From Macrostomum hystrix (lineage: Eukaryota > Animalia > Platyhelminthes): DNA of 64,000 nucleotides. The position numbers and the translations under genes were made by a program. The first letter of the stretch is position 1, and every line of letters begins with the position of its first letter. The DNA is taken from NCBI GenBank assembly GCA_950097015.1, contig CATNEN010000025.1:5084001-5148000 (forward strand), given 5' to 3'. The notes below the pieces were generated by a model. That model saw nothing but the letters and a program-made list of their open reading frames with translations, had not been told where the DNA came from and did not search any database. Below, in pieces: positions 11,701 through 23,167 of this stretch.

Positions 11701-14700
11701 TCCGGCCTTTTTGCATAAAGCGGTCAAAAATGGCCGCTTCCTCCATCTCCTCTGCAGACTTCTACGGGCCTGCATCGTGCTGGGCTATGTACCAGCGCTG
11801 TGGCACGAAGCCCGGGTCGTCTTCATCCCGAAGCCCGCCAAAGGCGACTATCGCTCGGTCAAGTCCTATCGCCCGATAAGTTTGACTTCCACCTGCCTCA
11901 AGCTCATGGAAAGACTGGTGCTTTGGCGCCTTCTTACTGTAGAGCTAGGGCGGGCCCCGCTCTCCCCAAACCAGCACGCCTTTCGGGCGGGCCGGTCCAC
12001 GGAGAGCGCCCTCCACTGCATCGTGGAGACTCTCGAGAAGGCAGTGCTGGGCAGCGGTTTTGCCCTGGCTGTCTTCCTAGACATTGAGGGGGCCTTCGAT
12101 AACGTTGTTTTCGAAGCTTTTGAGGAGGCCCTGGTCTCCAGGGCCACTCACCCCCACCTCGTTCGCTGGGTCATGTACATGATCCGGCATCGCCACGTGG
12201 TGGCCCACCTCGAAGGAAGGCTGCTCTCGGCACCTGTCCTAAAAGGAGGGCCCCAAGGCGGCGTCCTCACCCCACTGCTGTGGAATCTCGTCATGGATGA
12301 GCTGCTGAAAAGCACTCGTCCAGACCCAGTCCTGAAGGTGGGATATGCCGACGATGTGACCGCCATCTGCGCGGGCCCCTCGGCGGAAACCACCAGAGAC
12401 CTCATCCAGGGCTTTATCAACAGGGCGGTGCGCTGGGCGGACCAATGCGGGCTCCGACTCTCTGAGTCCAAGACCGTTGCGGTTATGTTTACCAGCAAAC
12501 TGCTCTGGACCATTAAGCCTCTGACTCTCTATGGCAAGAATATTGCCATGGAAAAGCAGGTCCGGTGCCTTGGTCTCGTGCTAGACCATAGGCTTAACTG
12601 GACCCCACACATCACCACAAAGGCCAAGAGGGCCCTGGCCATACTGGCGCAAGTCAGGCGTGCCGTGGGCACCACTTGGGGGCTAACCCCCAAGAACCTC
12701 TGGTGGATTTACACGGCGATCATTAGACCGTCCGTCGCTTACGCTGGCCTCATCTGGGCCAGCGCCATGGGCATCCAGAAAAACCTGGAGGCGCTTTATA
12801 GGGTGCAGGGCAGAGCCTGTCGTATGACGCTGGGCGCCCCACCCTCCACTCCCTTCGAAGGCATGAATGCTTTCCTCAACGCTACACCCATTGACATTTT
12901 CGTCAAGGGGGAAGCAGCAAAGTCCACCCGTCGTCTTCTTGATGCGGGTGTCTCCTTCCAGAATTCGCGAGCCTTCTCGAAGCGCTCCCTCCTGCCTCAC
13001 TCTGACCTCTGCCTGAAAACTCTGGGCGAGTGCGGAGGGCTCACCATCCTTTCGGACGGGGCCCCGGCCACTTTACTCCGGAGCCACAGGTACAAAGTCA
13101 GCATCTCCCCTCGTAATGAGGTAAAGGACTGCTGGGATGACCCGGCAGTCCACTGTTACACTGACGGCTCTCTGATGAACGGTAAATCGGGATTCGGAGT
13201 GTGCGTCGCCTCGGGTGGTGAGGTCCTCTGGACCCACTCCCAATACTGTGGCAAGAGCTCTAGCGTTTTCCAAAACGAAGTGCTCGCCATCAGCTTCTGT
13301 GCGGCTGAGCTGCGCCAGAGGCAGCTGGCTGGTCGGAGGATCTTTTTTCACTCCGACAGTCAAGCAGCCCTCAAGGCCCTCAGCCGCTGCACCTCTTGCT
13401 CCAGAACCACCTTGGACTGCAACACCCAGTTAAACGGGTTGGCGCAGTCTAACAAGGTGGAGCTGCTGTGGATCCCTGGGCATGCCGGGTTCACAGGGAA
13501 TGAGATGGCGGACCAGCTTGCAAAGGCTGGAGCAGCCAGCTCCCTGATGGGCCCGGGCCCGGAGTCCCCGATCCCCATCTCAGTTGTCAACTCCAGCATT
13601 AACTGCTGGATGGAGACCCAGCACCGGAGGAGGTGGTCCAGCACCCTGAACTGTCGCCAGTCCAGGGCTGCGGTGCCAACCCCTTCTAGTAACCTGCGTA
13701 AGGCCTTACTCAGGCTTAACCGCAGAGACCTAAGAGCAGTCACTATGGCTCTTTCGGGACATGGCTGCTTCACCAGACACCGCTACCTTCAAGGCCACGT
13801 GCCTGAGGAAACGTGTCCCTTCTGCTGCTCCGGACGCGAAAATGCAGAGCATTTCATCTGCCACTGCCCGGCCTTCACCCGGGCCAGGCTAAAACATCTC
13901 GGGCCGGCACCGACTCTCGCCGAAGCCTGCTCGCCCGAGAACATCCCACAGCTCGCCCACTTCCTCCGGGATACCGGCCGAGCTGATTTCTTCCCAGCCT
14001 ATGGCGAGGAAGATCGCGCGGCGGAATCGACCGACGGACCACCCTGAGCGGCACCGCCTCGCTGGAGGCTGTCTGGCTGCCAGGGGTTAGCGATATGGGC
14101 GGCATCAGCCGCCTCCTCGCTGCGTCCGTCATGGAGGCTCCCTGCCGCTAAGTCAAGTCAAGACCCAAGCCTTCTCTCCTCGGCAGCGCCCCTAATGAAT
14201 GTGGCCTCGCCGCAGACCGTTCTGCCACTCACCCCTAAGAATGTCCGATTGTACAACACTTCGATTTATGTTACATAGTGCGATTGGATAAGAGATAATT
14301 ATGTAGAGCGCCAAGACGCAGGCCAATAATACCTGCAAGCTGGTGAGGTTCTCCAGGTACAGCCGCTTGTAAACACCCGGCGTGACTGCTTTGCCAGTCC
14401 AGAAAGTGAAGCTCTCAACGTCGCGGTGCGCCTGCGCGGGCAAGTACCAGCCCAGGCGAGCGCACTTTGGCAGCCACACTTCGTCTGAGTCGCACAGCCA
14501 GTTCCAGTACCAGCTCACCTGCAGTGTTGGAAATATTTAGATTCAGGAATTTCGAAATTTTCATCAGCGATCGACTGATGAAACTCCGGTTCTGCTCACC
14601 TGAGCAGCCCTACATAGACTGCGTGGATCCAGGTAGGACAGCACTAACAAACTGAGGCTCCTTGGTATCTGGCGGGTAAAATCTGCGCGATGAAGAGGCA

Positions 14701-15391
14701 CGCGAGGCCGCGTTGCCTCGTGAAGGTGCTCCAATTGTGGCTGGCTGCAGGCTCTAACTAGGTCGTCCAGCACCAGCTTGCGCTGTTCAGCAGTCCATTT
14801 GGCAAACTGAATCAGAATGGGGATAAATTTTGGGCGGGTAATGTGACAAAATCATTAGCTGTATTTCAACTTTGAACTATGAACTGCTTTTATGCTTTTA
14901 ATTGAGGTTTAAGAGCTGCTTAAGGAAAGGAAAATTACTTTTTAATTAATAATTAATCATTCGAATACTTTTGCCTTTAGGTTTGCTCATTCGATCGCTG
15001 TTGAGAATGTTGCTCGACATATTATTAAGGTGAAGGTTTATTATTCTATTCACTTACTCAATGATAATTTTTTTGACTTAATAAAAACACAAAATATTAT
15101 GAAACCGAATTTTATCATACGAGTATATAGTTCATAAATCATACATTAAGTACATTTAGAACTTCTAATACAACACAAAATGTGTATAATTTATGAAAAT
15201 TTATAAAATTTATGAAATTTTCTGTGGATGAAAATTGCTTTTATGTCGTTTTTTATAGAAATATGATAAGTGGGAAAACTTTTGCTGATAATATATATAC
15301 CCTTATTCAATAAATTATGTTTAAGAACTTCAAAATAATGTGGTAACAAGCTTACCCATTTGTTAAGTAAATTTCTTCTCTCTTCGAACAT
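5734..15391 (-). CDS. FBXO16: F-box only protein 16-like (about 329 aa from the Met at 15391; 5' end may lie further upstream)
   Basis: Exons 15391-15356, 14806-14600, 14518-14333, 7403-7159, 6164-6047, 5931-5734, all GT-AG and phase-consistent. Motifs [25 protein letters not shown]-box [33 protein letters not shown] and [18 protein letters not shown] match vertebrate FBXO16 (FEERRALLGKWF.., WRSSDKHPTDIIRFNYLD). The last two exons are less certain. Confidence 0.85.
6355..6995 (-). mobile_element. SINE family A copy (6355-6412 + 6700-6995) split by a nested SINE B
   Basis: The family A sequence stops at ...AGTAGACC and resumes at GGCAGTCAGCGAG. tRNA head with A and B boxes at about 6940-6995. 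Confidence 0.8.
6415..6680 (-). mobile_element. tRNA-derived SINE family B, 5'-truncated, nested in SINE A
   Basis: CCCCAGCTGATGCTGGTACCCATTT..CTGGGTGAACTGAAGCAA and B box GGGAATCGAACCC, shared with the copies at 22.9 kb and 24.9 kb. Confidence 0.85.
8209..8551 (+). repeat. 97-bp tandem monomers (3.5 copies) in the LINE 5' UTR
   Basis: TCACCCTTTG anchors at 8221, 8318, 8415 and 8512. Copies are identical except for one G>T. Confidence 0.95.
8771..10330 (+). CDS. LINE ORF1p (519 aa), DUF4780-like core, low-complexity termini
   Basis: Open frame upstream of ORF2. TYAAIA motif followed by a globular segment ([19 protein letters not shown]...N..LP..G...ILGL..IGLW..KIF) resembling LOA-clade ORF1. 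No CCHC knuckle seen. The true start may be the ATG at 8783. Confidence 0.8.
   Translation: MQLLMASSLPTAPAEDTMVPEAIHAAAPGLAGPATATNAALPNSRDDRGAKRSTTSGAAKRRRRLMAHGKPAPSTEDRAQARGAEGALPRAGAGAGGLAPPAQAPARGGAHDAPRPGSRAKEVPAPIRTAARPEGEAEAEGPVPTADADPEGGVATGQGPGPHATYAAIARRQPAVVITGRDGKRLSSEQLSNICRNIDAMLWQLQLKGEPLAVGASATRESCFVVWPGDAESGRRLLELLPTQSWAAGLDFLRENEPPKTKRHRIFVPAKSVVTSAEDLRMGLIAMNRELPIAGLIVHRTILRPDGTGFTAILGLSEQWTRRYPDGANICIGLWKTKIFAFEADKTRGQTGPTTVPATEGSSDPEVGTGGRAQSSRQKRPERAIAGSSERRPARITKRRGLLQRASEVVRTARMAQLRAEMRGGPPGQAPHPRATGEASKVPSSIEQGPSSAPPTAQGAVSAPVEGDSGPGLGAGGGDWAADPVEFPPLARGRGTEEPMATDIDPEEEDRLLAESPSK
10343..14047 (+). CDS. LINE ORF2p (1234 aa): APE endonuclease, reverse transcriptase, RNase H, C-terminal zinc knuckle
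   Basis: APE: QVNTQH, VQEPW, GDANSHH, SDH. RT: [27 protein letters not shown]. RNase H: [22 protein letters not shown]-terminal CX2CX8HX4C ([18 protein letters not shown]). Confidence 0.97.
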   Translation: MMIPGISCLQVNTQHCVAASVNLMRTTERTMPGLVLVQEPWLSKNKPSNIPAGYDCFCMADSVRPRSLIYAAKALNAWMRPDLSNGDICVIQSAHIVPNKLTLVASAYLAGDAPVVSDTLVALCDFARARNFELLLAGDANSHHTHWGSSKINDRGEELLAFVSGTPLNFCNVGNTPTFDNGRWAEVLDVTLASPGILPRVLGWEVWETESSLSDHRFIRFNIGTPDKKQKPIWRRNVRNTDWPVFSQKLHEGLRDSDPSMAMATTQDLDGVAALLGGAITEAYEMACPLKAYKGKKSAPWWNPELGVLRRRAKALQRRLKISHDPDDKEAYTRAIHEFKGRVRRAKADKWRQYCEGLEGSRPTARVVKALTNDRFSKLSSIKKPDGSITERPEETLELMLGHFFPSVPAHFGPDDHSRGGQGLAQSLVTNDRIVRAAKSFNPFKAPGPDGIYPAFLHKAVKNGRFLHLLCRLLRACIVLGYVPALWHEARVVFIPKPAKGDYRSVKSYRPISLTSTCLKLMERLVLWRLLTVELGRAPLSPNQHAFRAGRSTESALHCIVETLEKAVLGSGFALAVFLDIEGAFDNVVFEAFEEALVSRATHPHLVRWVMYMIRHRHVVAHLEGRLLSAPVLKGGPQGGVLTPLLWNLVMDELLKSTRPDPVLKVGYADDVTAICAGPSAETTRDLIQGFINRAVRWADQCGLRLSESKTVAVMFTSKLLWTIKPLTLYGKNIAMEKQVRCLGLVLDHRLNWTPHITTKAKRALAILAQVRRAVGTTWGLTPKNLWWIYTAIIRPSVAYAGLIWASAMGIQKNLEALYRVQGRACRMTLGAPPSTPFEGMNAFLNATPIDIFVKGEAAKSTRRLLDAGVSFQNSRAFSKRSLLPHSDLCLKTLGECGGLTILSDGAPATLLRSHRYKVSISPRNEVKDCWDDPAVHCYTDGSLMNGKSGFGVCVASGGEVLWTHSQYCGKSSSVFQNEVLAISFCAAELRQRQLAGRRIFFHSDSQAALKALSRCTSCSRTTLDCNTQLNGLAQSNKVELLWIPGHAGFTGNEMADQLAKAGAASSLMGPGPESPIPISVVNSSINCWMETQHRRRWSSTLNCRQSRAAVPTPSSNLRKALLRLNRRDLRAVTMALSGHGCFTRHRYLQGHVPEETCPFCCSGRENAEHFICHCPAFTRARLKHLGPAPTLAEACSPENIPQLAHFLRDTGRADFFPAYGEEDRAAESTDGPP

Positions 15392-16962
15392 CTGAAAAAA
15401 GAATTATAGTCATATGTGTTTCATAAAAATATTTATTTTTGCGAATATAGGTTTCTAAAATTGTAAAAACATATTAAGATTAAAAGTCGAGTTAGGCTAA
15501 ATAAACTGGCAAACCAATTTTTTGTAATAAATAATGGCCATAGACTGTCAATTCAGTGATACTTCGCTTTCAAGTTTTTCGCCATTTGTAGAAATCTAAT
15601 ATTAACGATACTCATTAAAAATTACTTTACATTAGTAATGTAACATTACATTAGATGGATATCCGAATGCATGTTTCTAGAATTAAAACTTACCGCCGCG
15701 TTCGTTTCGTCTTTCGATAGCGGAGTCCAAGTACTTTTTAGGGTGCTTTTGACAGACTTCATTTTCATACCACCAAACAATCAAGTTTACGCAATAGATA
15801 CTGTGATAATGTACGTAAGAATTAGGGAAGAAGAATAAAAAAGAAAAGGCTTCGCAAAATTTAGCATAAAAAATTACAGTGTATACAATATTTTAAAGTT
15901 ATTATATAAAGATATGTCACAAGAGCAATTAAAAAGTAAAACACGACATGATACTTCTATTATTTTTTTGTGGACAGTAATAACGACGAAGTATTTTAAA
16001 TAGTTTGTTTAATCTCTCTTCTAACGGCTTTGTTAGGACTTCTGACTTTATATACGTTGTAAAATTTCAACGAACGAATTTTACTTCTTGCTTTTGTCGT
16101 TTTAATTTCGTAAAATATAGTTTATAAGCCATATTTCAGTAGTCATACGTAAGTTAAATAAAGTTCAATATCTGTGTACATGTCATGTTTGTATGTTACA
16201 AAAAACGCGATATCGTTGCAATAGTTAAGTAGTCCATCAGTACAGGAGAAGTAAATATTTAAATATTCAGTCGTAAAGCCAAGTTAAAAAATCCAACAAA
16301 GTGCTTACTCAATATGGGAGCCGATGGCATGCGGATCCCAAGTTCGAAATGGAAATTTTCTTCTTGTGGTTCAGATAGGGCCGTAAATTACGTAGATATT
16401 TAATATTAAAGACGTTGAGAGAAGATATGACGACATAGTTAGATAGGTCACTATAAAGCTTCTGTCTAAAAATAAAACAATTTAAAAAATTAAATTCAAT
16501 TAACCATGGGATCGTCAATTGGCTGCGACGGTGATTATTGGTATTCTGGATGCTTGATTTTGCTTGTTTTAGAGAGCTGGCCAATCAGATGCCTCCTACA
16601 GAAATACCTTCAGGTCTTGTCAAACGCTAAAGGCACAGGACACTTTTAGAGAGGAACAATTTCCTTCTTAAATTTAGCACACATATACAATCAAACTTTT
16701 GAGACGTCTCATCGATGGGTGTTGGGTGCGAGGGACGGTAAGTGCTGCTGAACATGTTTTTTGTTTATTTTGTAGCAATAATTATCTATCGAGTAAAATG
16801 TGTAGAGAGTAAATTGGAGAGGGTAGAGAGTAGAACTAAGTGTAGAAAGATGAGAAAGATGAGATATTAGGATAATATAACGGAGAAGATTGAGTCAAGA
16901 GGACATGGAAGGGCAGAATGAGCTTTTTAAAGTGCATAAAGTGCATTTAAAGTGGCACGACA

Positions 16963-17094
16963 CCCGCCCTCAATTAATTACCCCAGCTAATACTGTTACC
17001 CAGCTAACAGAGTAAAGCAATGAAGAGTTAAGTTAAATCTTGCGCTTAAAAGGACACAAATTGTTCCAGTGTAGTCGGGAATCGAACCCCCGAC
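16963..17094 (-). mobile_element. SINE family B fragment
   Basis: CCCCAGCTAATACTGTTACCC..GAGTTAAG..AAAGGACACAAATTGTTCCAG..GGGAATCGAACCCC. Confidence 0.75.
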
Positions 17095-17161
17095 TCAACA
17101 CGGCCTTCTTCTTGGCTTCCTAAACCAAAACAGCCTTCTTGACACAAAACAGCCTTCCAAA

Positions 17162-17345
17162 CGATGAGAATGTCAGGGCAGATGTACACGCCTCTGTGAG
17201 TGTGTGTGCCTGCGTACAGTTTCTGTGTGCGTGTGTGCTCAGGAGTCAGTGAAATGGGCAGAATTGCCTCCTCGCTGGCTGCAGGTCTAGTGTCACCTGA
17301 CAAAGTGCAGTGCCCTCCTGCATATACTTGTATTATTATTGTTAT
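17162..17345 (+). mobile_element. SINE family A 3' half
   Basis: GTCAGGGCAGATGTACAC...GCTCAGGAGTCAG..GGGCAGAATTGCCTCCTCGCTGGCTGC..CTAGTGTCA followed by a TTA-rich tail. Confidence 0.8.
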
Positions 17346-17645
17346 CAATAGTCATTTAGTTTCGCTGCGAATCCAATTTCTAGCTGAAATAGGTGCTCAA
17401 CGTACAATTAAATATTGGCTTATTGGACTCGTCCATGTGCAGCAGGTTCACTCATTTCATGAAGGGAGACGTGCTTGTACTTTCCCCACCCCCCCCAGAT
17501 ACCAGATCAGCTATGTGGACTCAGTGAGATGGCCAAGCTGCCATGGCCAAGAGGCGCCTGTCTTTATGTGAAAGAGGATTAGGGAAATATCCTTTTATTT
17601 CCAGTTTTGTTTCTGCGAGACTCGAATCCGGTCCAGAACACAATT

Positions 17646-20600
17646 ATGCCAAACTATTTCAGAGTCCAGATAATGTACCTGGCTCACAAGCCGTTGCTAT
17701 GGTCCTGCTTCGCTTTTAACATGGTAGCCGTGTCGTTCGGAGTGCTGGGTAAGAAAATTTAATCCAGGATAGCAGGCTAAGAATGGCCTGAGACAGAACT
17801 AGGGCTTCCACATTTTTTGTCATGTTGCAGTACACAAACAGCATGCCAATCTTGTGTTACCGTGTAAATCCTTTGTAATCAGGTCTCTGCAGATTGTCTC
17901 TACATTAGTTCTGCCTTAGGATACAAACTGTATTCTATACTGTGTGCTCTCGATTTCAAGAATACCACTGTACGAATACAGAGCTTGCACTTTATCAATT
18001 GCAAATTTTGAGTGTGTGTGTCCGGTGTCTTTGTGTCTTGCGTCTTTGTTGTGTCTGGTGTCTTTGTGTCTGGCGTGTTTGTGTCTGGTGTCTTTGTGTC
18101 TGGCGTCTTTGTGTCTGGCGTCTTTGTGTCCGGTGTCTTTGTGTCTGGCGTCTTTGTGTCTGATGTCTTTGTTTCTGGTGTCTTTGTGTCCGGTGTCTTT
18201 GTGTCTGGCGTCTTTGTGTCTGGTATCTTTGTGTCTGGCGTCTTTGTGTCTGGCGTCTTTGTGTCTGGTGTCTTTGTGTCCGGTGTCTTTGTGTCTGGTG
18301 TCATTGTTTCTAATGTCTTTGTGTCCGGTGTCTTTGTGTCTGGTGTCTTTGTGTCTGGCGTCTTTGTGTCTGGTGTCTTTGTGTCTGGCGTCTTTGTGTC
18401 TGATGTCTTTGTTTCTGGTGTCTTTGTGTCCGGTGTCTTTGTGTCTGGCGTCTTTGTGTCTGGCGTCTTTGTGTCTCATAGCATCGGCTTCGAAATTGCC
18501 GGAACCCCTCAGGCAACTCGCTGTCATTCGCGGTGCTAGGCTACAACCGGTCGCGGCGCAACGAGTCCAGCCGAATGTACCTGCGCGCCCTCGCCCTCGC
18601 CGACTGCTGCGCCCTGCTGTTCGGCAGCTTCGTCTCCTCCCTGCAGAGGACGCTGCGCCCAGCTTTGGACTTGCCACCGTTGCACCCAATCTCTCGTCTA
18701 GTGAACTCCTACCCGACCTGCTGCCTGCGGCTGTATCTATCCCACGCTAGCACCTTGACGTCAACTTACATTGTGGTTCTGTTCAGCTTGGAGCGCTGCC
18801 TCGCGCTGGCCGACCCGCTGCGTTGGAGTCGCCGATTCACTGCCGGCAGGGCGCGAGCCGCGGCAGTCCTAACCACGGTGGCCAGCTGCCTGGCCTGCCT
18901 GCCGGCTCTCTCCAGCTTCCAGGCCGAGGTCTATTATTACAATCTGGATGGCCTTGGCCGGGGATTTGACAGCAGCGAACTGTGCGCCGCTGCTGATCCA
19001 GGCAATGGGACAACTTGCAGGTGAATTAGGATTCTACTTTCATAAAGTCGTTACCCGTTACTTTGTTACCCGTTACTGCGTTACTCGTTACTTCGTTACC
19101 AGTTACTCGTTACTTCGTTAGCAGTTACTAGTTAATTCGTTACCAGTTACTCGTTACTTTGTTAACAATTACTTTAATAATTGTTAATTCGTTACTCGTT
19201 ACTTAGATACTTGTTACTTAGTTATTCGTTACTTAGTTACTCGTTACTTAGTTACTCGTTACTTAGGTACTCGTTACTTAGTTACTCGTTGCTTAGTTAC
19301 TCGTTACTTAGTTACTCGTTACTTAGTTACTCGTTACTTAGTTACTCGTTGCTTAGTTACTCGTTACTTAGTTACTCGTTACTTAGTTACTCGTTAGTTA
19401 CTCGTTGCTTAGTTACTCGTTACTTAGTTACTCGTTACTTAGTTACTCGTTACTTAGTTACTCGTTGCTTAGTTACTCGTTACTTAGTTACTCGTTACTT
19501 AGTTACTCGTTACTTAGTTACTCGTTACTTAGTTACTCGTTGCTTAGTTACTCGTTACTTAGTTACTCGTTACTTAGTTACTCGTTACTTAGTTTCTCGT
19601 TACTTAGTTACTCGTTACTTAGTTACTCGTTACTTAGTTACTCGTTACTTAGTTACTCGTTGCTTAGTTACTCGTTACTTAGTTACTCGTTACTTAGTTA
19701 CTCGTTACTTAGTTACTCGTTACTTAGTTACTCGTCTTCAATTTTGTAGTTATAAATTATATTTTTGTGAGTAATACGCGATTTCAGAGCTCTGTAGAGC
19801 AATCTCAAAATTTCTTTATTTGTTATTCAACCTAGCGCGATTTAGTTTCAGATGTTCCAAAGAAATCCAACTTTTGAATTCGCAGTGTTCGATTTGCTGA
19901 CTTTGCCTCACTCATATTTCAAATTGCGACAAGAACTGCCTGCTTCACACCATTCTCCTTGGCAAGCAGGCTAGGTAAACATGAGCAACATAAGATTTTT
20001 CAGTTTGCTGTTTTGTCAGCTTTTTGCAACTCGCTCAGTTTCAAGGCTGGCTTTGGTATTTGACACCTACTCCTTTACTTACTATGGGCCACAGAATACA
20101 ATCAATTATTTTACATGGGGTCGCCTTGAGGACAATCAGTGACTTCAGTGACTAAATGCAGAACTACAGCGCGGAGACAGGACCAGATGGACGAAAAACT
20201 GTATCTTATAGAAAAATAGTTTCCGAAACTGGTTTCGCAGAAAAACTCCAAAAAATGAGATTGGAGTTATTTTCACTATTTTCAAATGGTGAAAAGGAAA
20301 CAAATATTAAAAAATGAGCATTCGAGCCGGCTCTAGTCAAACACCGTGATTAAATTTGTGAAGAAAAAACTAAAATGCAATATTTTCGTAGTGTACAGCT
20401 CGTACTTTTCGACGAAAAGCAGGCTCCTTAACTTTTTCTAGGTTTTACTCCTAGTTTCCCATCCTTCTAGTGGTCCATGGACTGAACAGCTGTAACGCGG
20501 GCTTTTGAAGCTGAAGGGTTAGGTGTTATTTTTTTATCTCAATTATTCTATAATTTGTTCTCGGCCGTTGACTTGGACTTTGACTTTCTTTCTGAAAGTA

Positions 20601-21528
20601 CAAAATTGTTGCTGCCTTATCCTGGCCCTTATTTTCTATTCCGGAGGCTCTGTATCGGAGAGACAAATTCAGTAGCATCAAAAAGTTTACTTTTCTTGTG
20701 ACTATACTTGTCTAAACATTCACTACTGCTAGTAGTAGTAGGGAGTGCATGCGCCTGATTAGTATGCCGCCGATATCGCCCTCAATTAAACTCAGAGCCG
20801 TCACCGAGTGCCGCATGAATTTCGCCATCTTCAAGCCGTACGCCGTGTTCCACACTGTTTCCCAGTCTATGGTGCCCTTCGCCCTGACTGGTGCTTGCAA
20901 CGCCGTCATCTGGACTGTCCTTCGGCGCCAGCGTCTTCAACGGAAGCCAGCTCAACTGGCTGGCAGCTCCGCCGACAGGCGCGACCGCACGGTGACAAAA
21001 AAGCTCATACTCATATCGTCAGCCTTCATTCTGCTCTGCTTTCCCGGAGCTCTGTTTCACATCGTGACCAACGCCATGACCGGCAGCTACTGTTCCAGCC
21101 TTGCCGCAGATCTTCTCACAGTCACCGCCAGTCTGAGCGCCGTCAACTTCTCGGTGAACTTCGTTCTCTACTGCATCAGCGAGCGCCAGTTTCGCAGACT
21201 GGCTCTGTCGCTTCTGTGTCGAAGGCGGCGACTAGCGCGACTGCTCAGCTACGTCAACCGAGAGCCGCACGTGCCGATGCGAGCAGGCAGGTGTGCGCGC
21301 CGATGCTTTGACTGTCAGCCATTCGGGACGCATCGCCTGCCGCCGTCGGTGGCTCTGGCCATGCGGACTGATCCCAATGCGACAGTCAGGATTGGCGAAG
21401 ACGACTCGAAAGCGCAACGGCAGGTCGGGGCCAATACGGACGATTTGGCCGCGCTCAACAGGCACGGAATAGTCCGCCTGTCCCTTTCATTGTCCGTTCG
21501 TCGTGCCAATTCAGCTGTGACGTGTTGA
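17646..21528 (+). CDS. Rhodopsin-class (class A) GPCR, peptide/FMRFamide-receptor-like orphan (about 447 aa)
   Basis: Exons 17646-17748, 18513-19020, 20796-21528 (phases 1 and 2 fit). TM1 GVLGN, TM2 LALAD, TM3 SLERC, TM5 VPF, TM6 LCFP, TM7 NFSVNFVLY. The frame is open upstream to an acceptor near 17604, so the start is uncertain. Confidence 0.9.
18012..18476. repeat. Minisatellite, 15-bp GTCTTTGTGTCTGGY (GPCR intron 1)
   Basis: About 31 tandem units. Source of the TPDTK, HKDAR and SLCLA pseudo-ORFs. Confidence 0.95.
19045..19735. repeat. Minisatellite, 15-bp TTAGTTACTCGTTAC (GPCR intron 2)
   Basis: Tandem units, degenerate at the 5' side. Confidence 0.95.
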
Positions 21529-21874
21529 AGCTTTCGCTATAGGACTGTTAGTCACATGGTCCTGCTGTGATATACGCTCGCAGCAGTGGTGCGCATGTAC
21601 TGCACATTTTACTTCGTAGTTGAGTTTTGCACCATCAAATTGTCCAATCTGCTGCTTTTCCGATGCTGTCTGCCTTCGGATTTGCGCATGATCGATGCAC
21701 GAATGTTACATTTTTGTAAAACTAATCAGTGGCCCAGCCAAAACACTGGCGAATGCAGCTACTCTCGCGCCAATTGTCACTGATTAATTTTATCCTTATA
21801 TGGACATTTTTTAATAAAAAAACACGGTGTTCTTGGTATCAATTGTTACATGTATTCATCAGTATGACCATTTC

Positions 21875-22145
21875 GAGGTTGTAGCCTAGTGGTTAGAGAT
21901 CATGACTCTAAGGTTGGCGGTTCGATTCCCGCCTTCCCGACTTCTAGGTATTTTAGCAAGAAACTTAACTCTGGATTGGGTCAGCTCACCCAGCTGTTAA
22001 AATGGGTACCATCATTATTAGCTGGGGATAATTGAGGGTGGGTGCATGGCCTTGGACTGAACAGCCGTACTCAGCCTTCAGATGCGCCGCCCAATAGCTG
22101 CGAATGTGCTGTCGGCTGCACATCTGGCCCAATTGGGGTATAATA
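21875..22145 (+). mobile_element. SINE family B, full-length
   Basis: Head GAGGTTGTAGCCTAGTGG (A box) and GGTTCGATTCC (B box). Core AACTTAACTCT..CACCCAGCTGTTAAAATGGGTACC. Confidence 0.85.
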
Positions 22146-22859
22146 TATGAATGCTTTAACTGTCTTCATGAGTTGAGAGTAACTTCTGATAAGATTAGTT
22201 TCCGAAACACATTATCCAGTCGTTTGCCCTGGAACCAAGCTTCATTGGCTCTATAAGATTGTCTCATGTTGAATGCAATTCAATACATCTTATCAGCTAG
22301 TCGTGGCTCAAAATGCATGTACAAATGACCTTTCATTGGCCGTTATCTCCTATATACTACTCCTATATCTCGTACAAGCGCCTGCAGAACCATACATTTC
22401 GCTTGAAATTTTTTTATTATATAAGAACTGATTCAGATCGCCCGCAAATTCTCATTGGATTAGCGAAGCGAAAACAGTTAAAGAATTCACAAAACGGTAG
22501 GTGCATCCAGTACATCTGTGCATTTTCGAGTATAATTAGTTATCTATTAACGTACGAGCTATAATACAAGGCCTATAAATTTAGCCCATATAATGCCCCC
22601 TTGCATGTAAAAATTAGTGGAGTGGGGTAACTATACACCTGTACAGTATGGTATAGTATAGTATATATATTGTAGTCAGTAGTCACAATAGAAACGAATA
22701 CCTGCACGTTGCTAGGTTACAGGAAAAGTCTGTTTTGCTTTCGTCATGCTTTTACTGATAATAACACCAATCAGCTGGCTGTTCTGCATTTTCTGGCACA
22801 TCAAAATCAACCATATCAATCATTGAGTACTTTCTTGTATATTTTACTCATGTAATAAT

Positions 22860-23167
22860 AATTGATTTAATAATTGATTACACCTGCCCCAATTGGGTCA
22901 GATGTGCAGCCGACAGCACAGCCGCAGCTAATGCGCGGCGCATCCTGAAGGCTGCGTACAGCTGTTCAGTCCATGGACTGGGGGGACGCCACACCCACCT
23001 TCAATTATCCCAGCTGATGCTGGTACCCATTTAACAGCTGGGTGAACTGAAGCAATGCAGAGTTAAGTGTCTTGCTAAAGGACACAAATTGTTCCAGTGG
23101 GGTCGGGAATCGAACCCCTGACCTTCAAGTCGTGAGTCCGACGCCCTAACTACTAGGCTACAACCTC
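22860..23167 (-). mobile_element. SINE family B, full-length
   Basis: Nearly identical to 24843-25141. tRNA head with A and B boxes. The core resembles the Meta-domain (GTGTCCTT..CAAGACACTTAAC..CACCCAG.TG.AAATGGGTACC), recalled and not searched. Confidence 0.9.

Larger units (their letters stand above)
7919..14162 (+). mobile_element. Full-length non-LTR retrotransposon (I group, LOA/Lian-like), intact
   Basis: 12-bp TSD ACCCAAGCCTTC at 7907-7918 and 14163-14174. (AAGTC)n 3' tail. About 850-bp 5' UTR, then ORF1 and ORF2, both uninterrupted. Antisense within FBXO16 intron 3. Confidence 0.95.
7660..14232 (-). mobile_element. SINE family A copy (7660-7918 + 14163-14232) split by the LINE insertion
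   Basis: The family A body is colinear across the LINE. The head lacks the B-box segment (internal deletion). Confidence 0.85.

Noticed and set aside
16309-16745. Possible upstream FBXO16 exons (..FRTWDPHA.. near 16340; MFSSTYRP.. near 16740)
   Set aside because: Could not be joined to the 15391 exon in the correct phase with GT-AG sites.
17900-18750. Stop-free TPDTK, HKDAR and SLCLA repeat ORFs on both strands
   Set aside because: 15-bp intronic array inside the GPCR gene, which is open in several frames only because the unit lacks stop codons.
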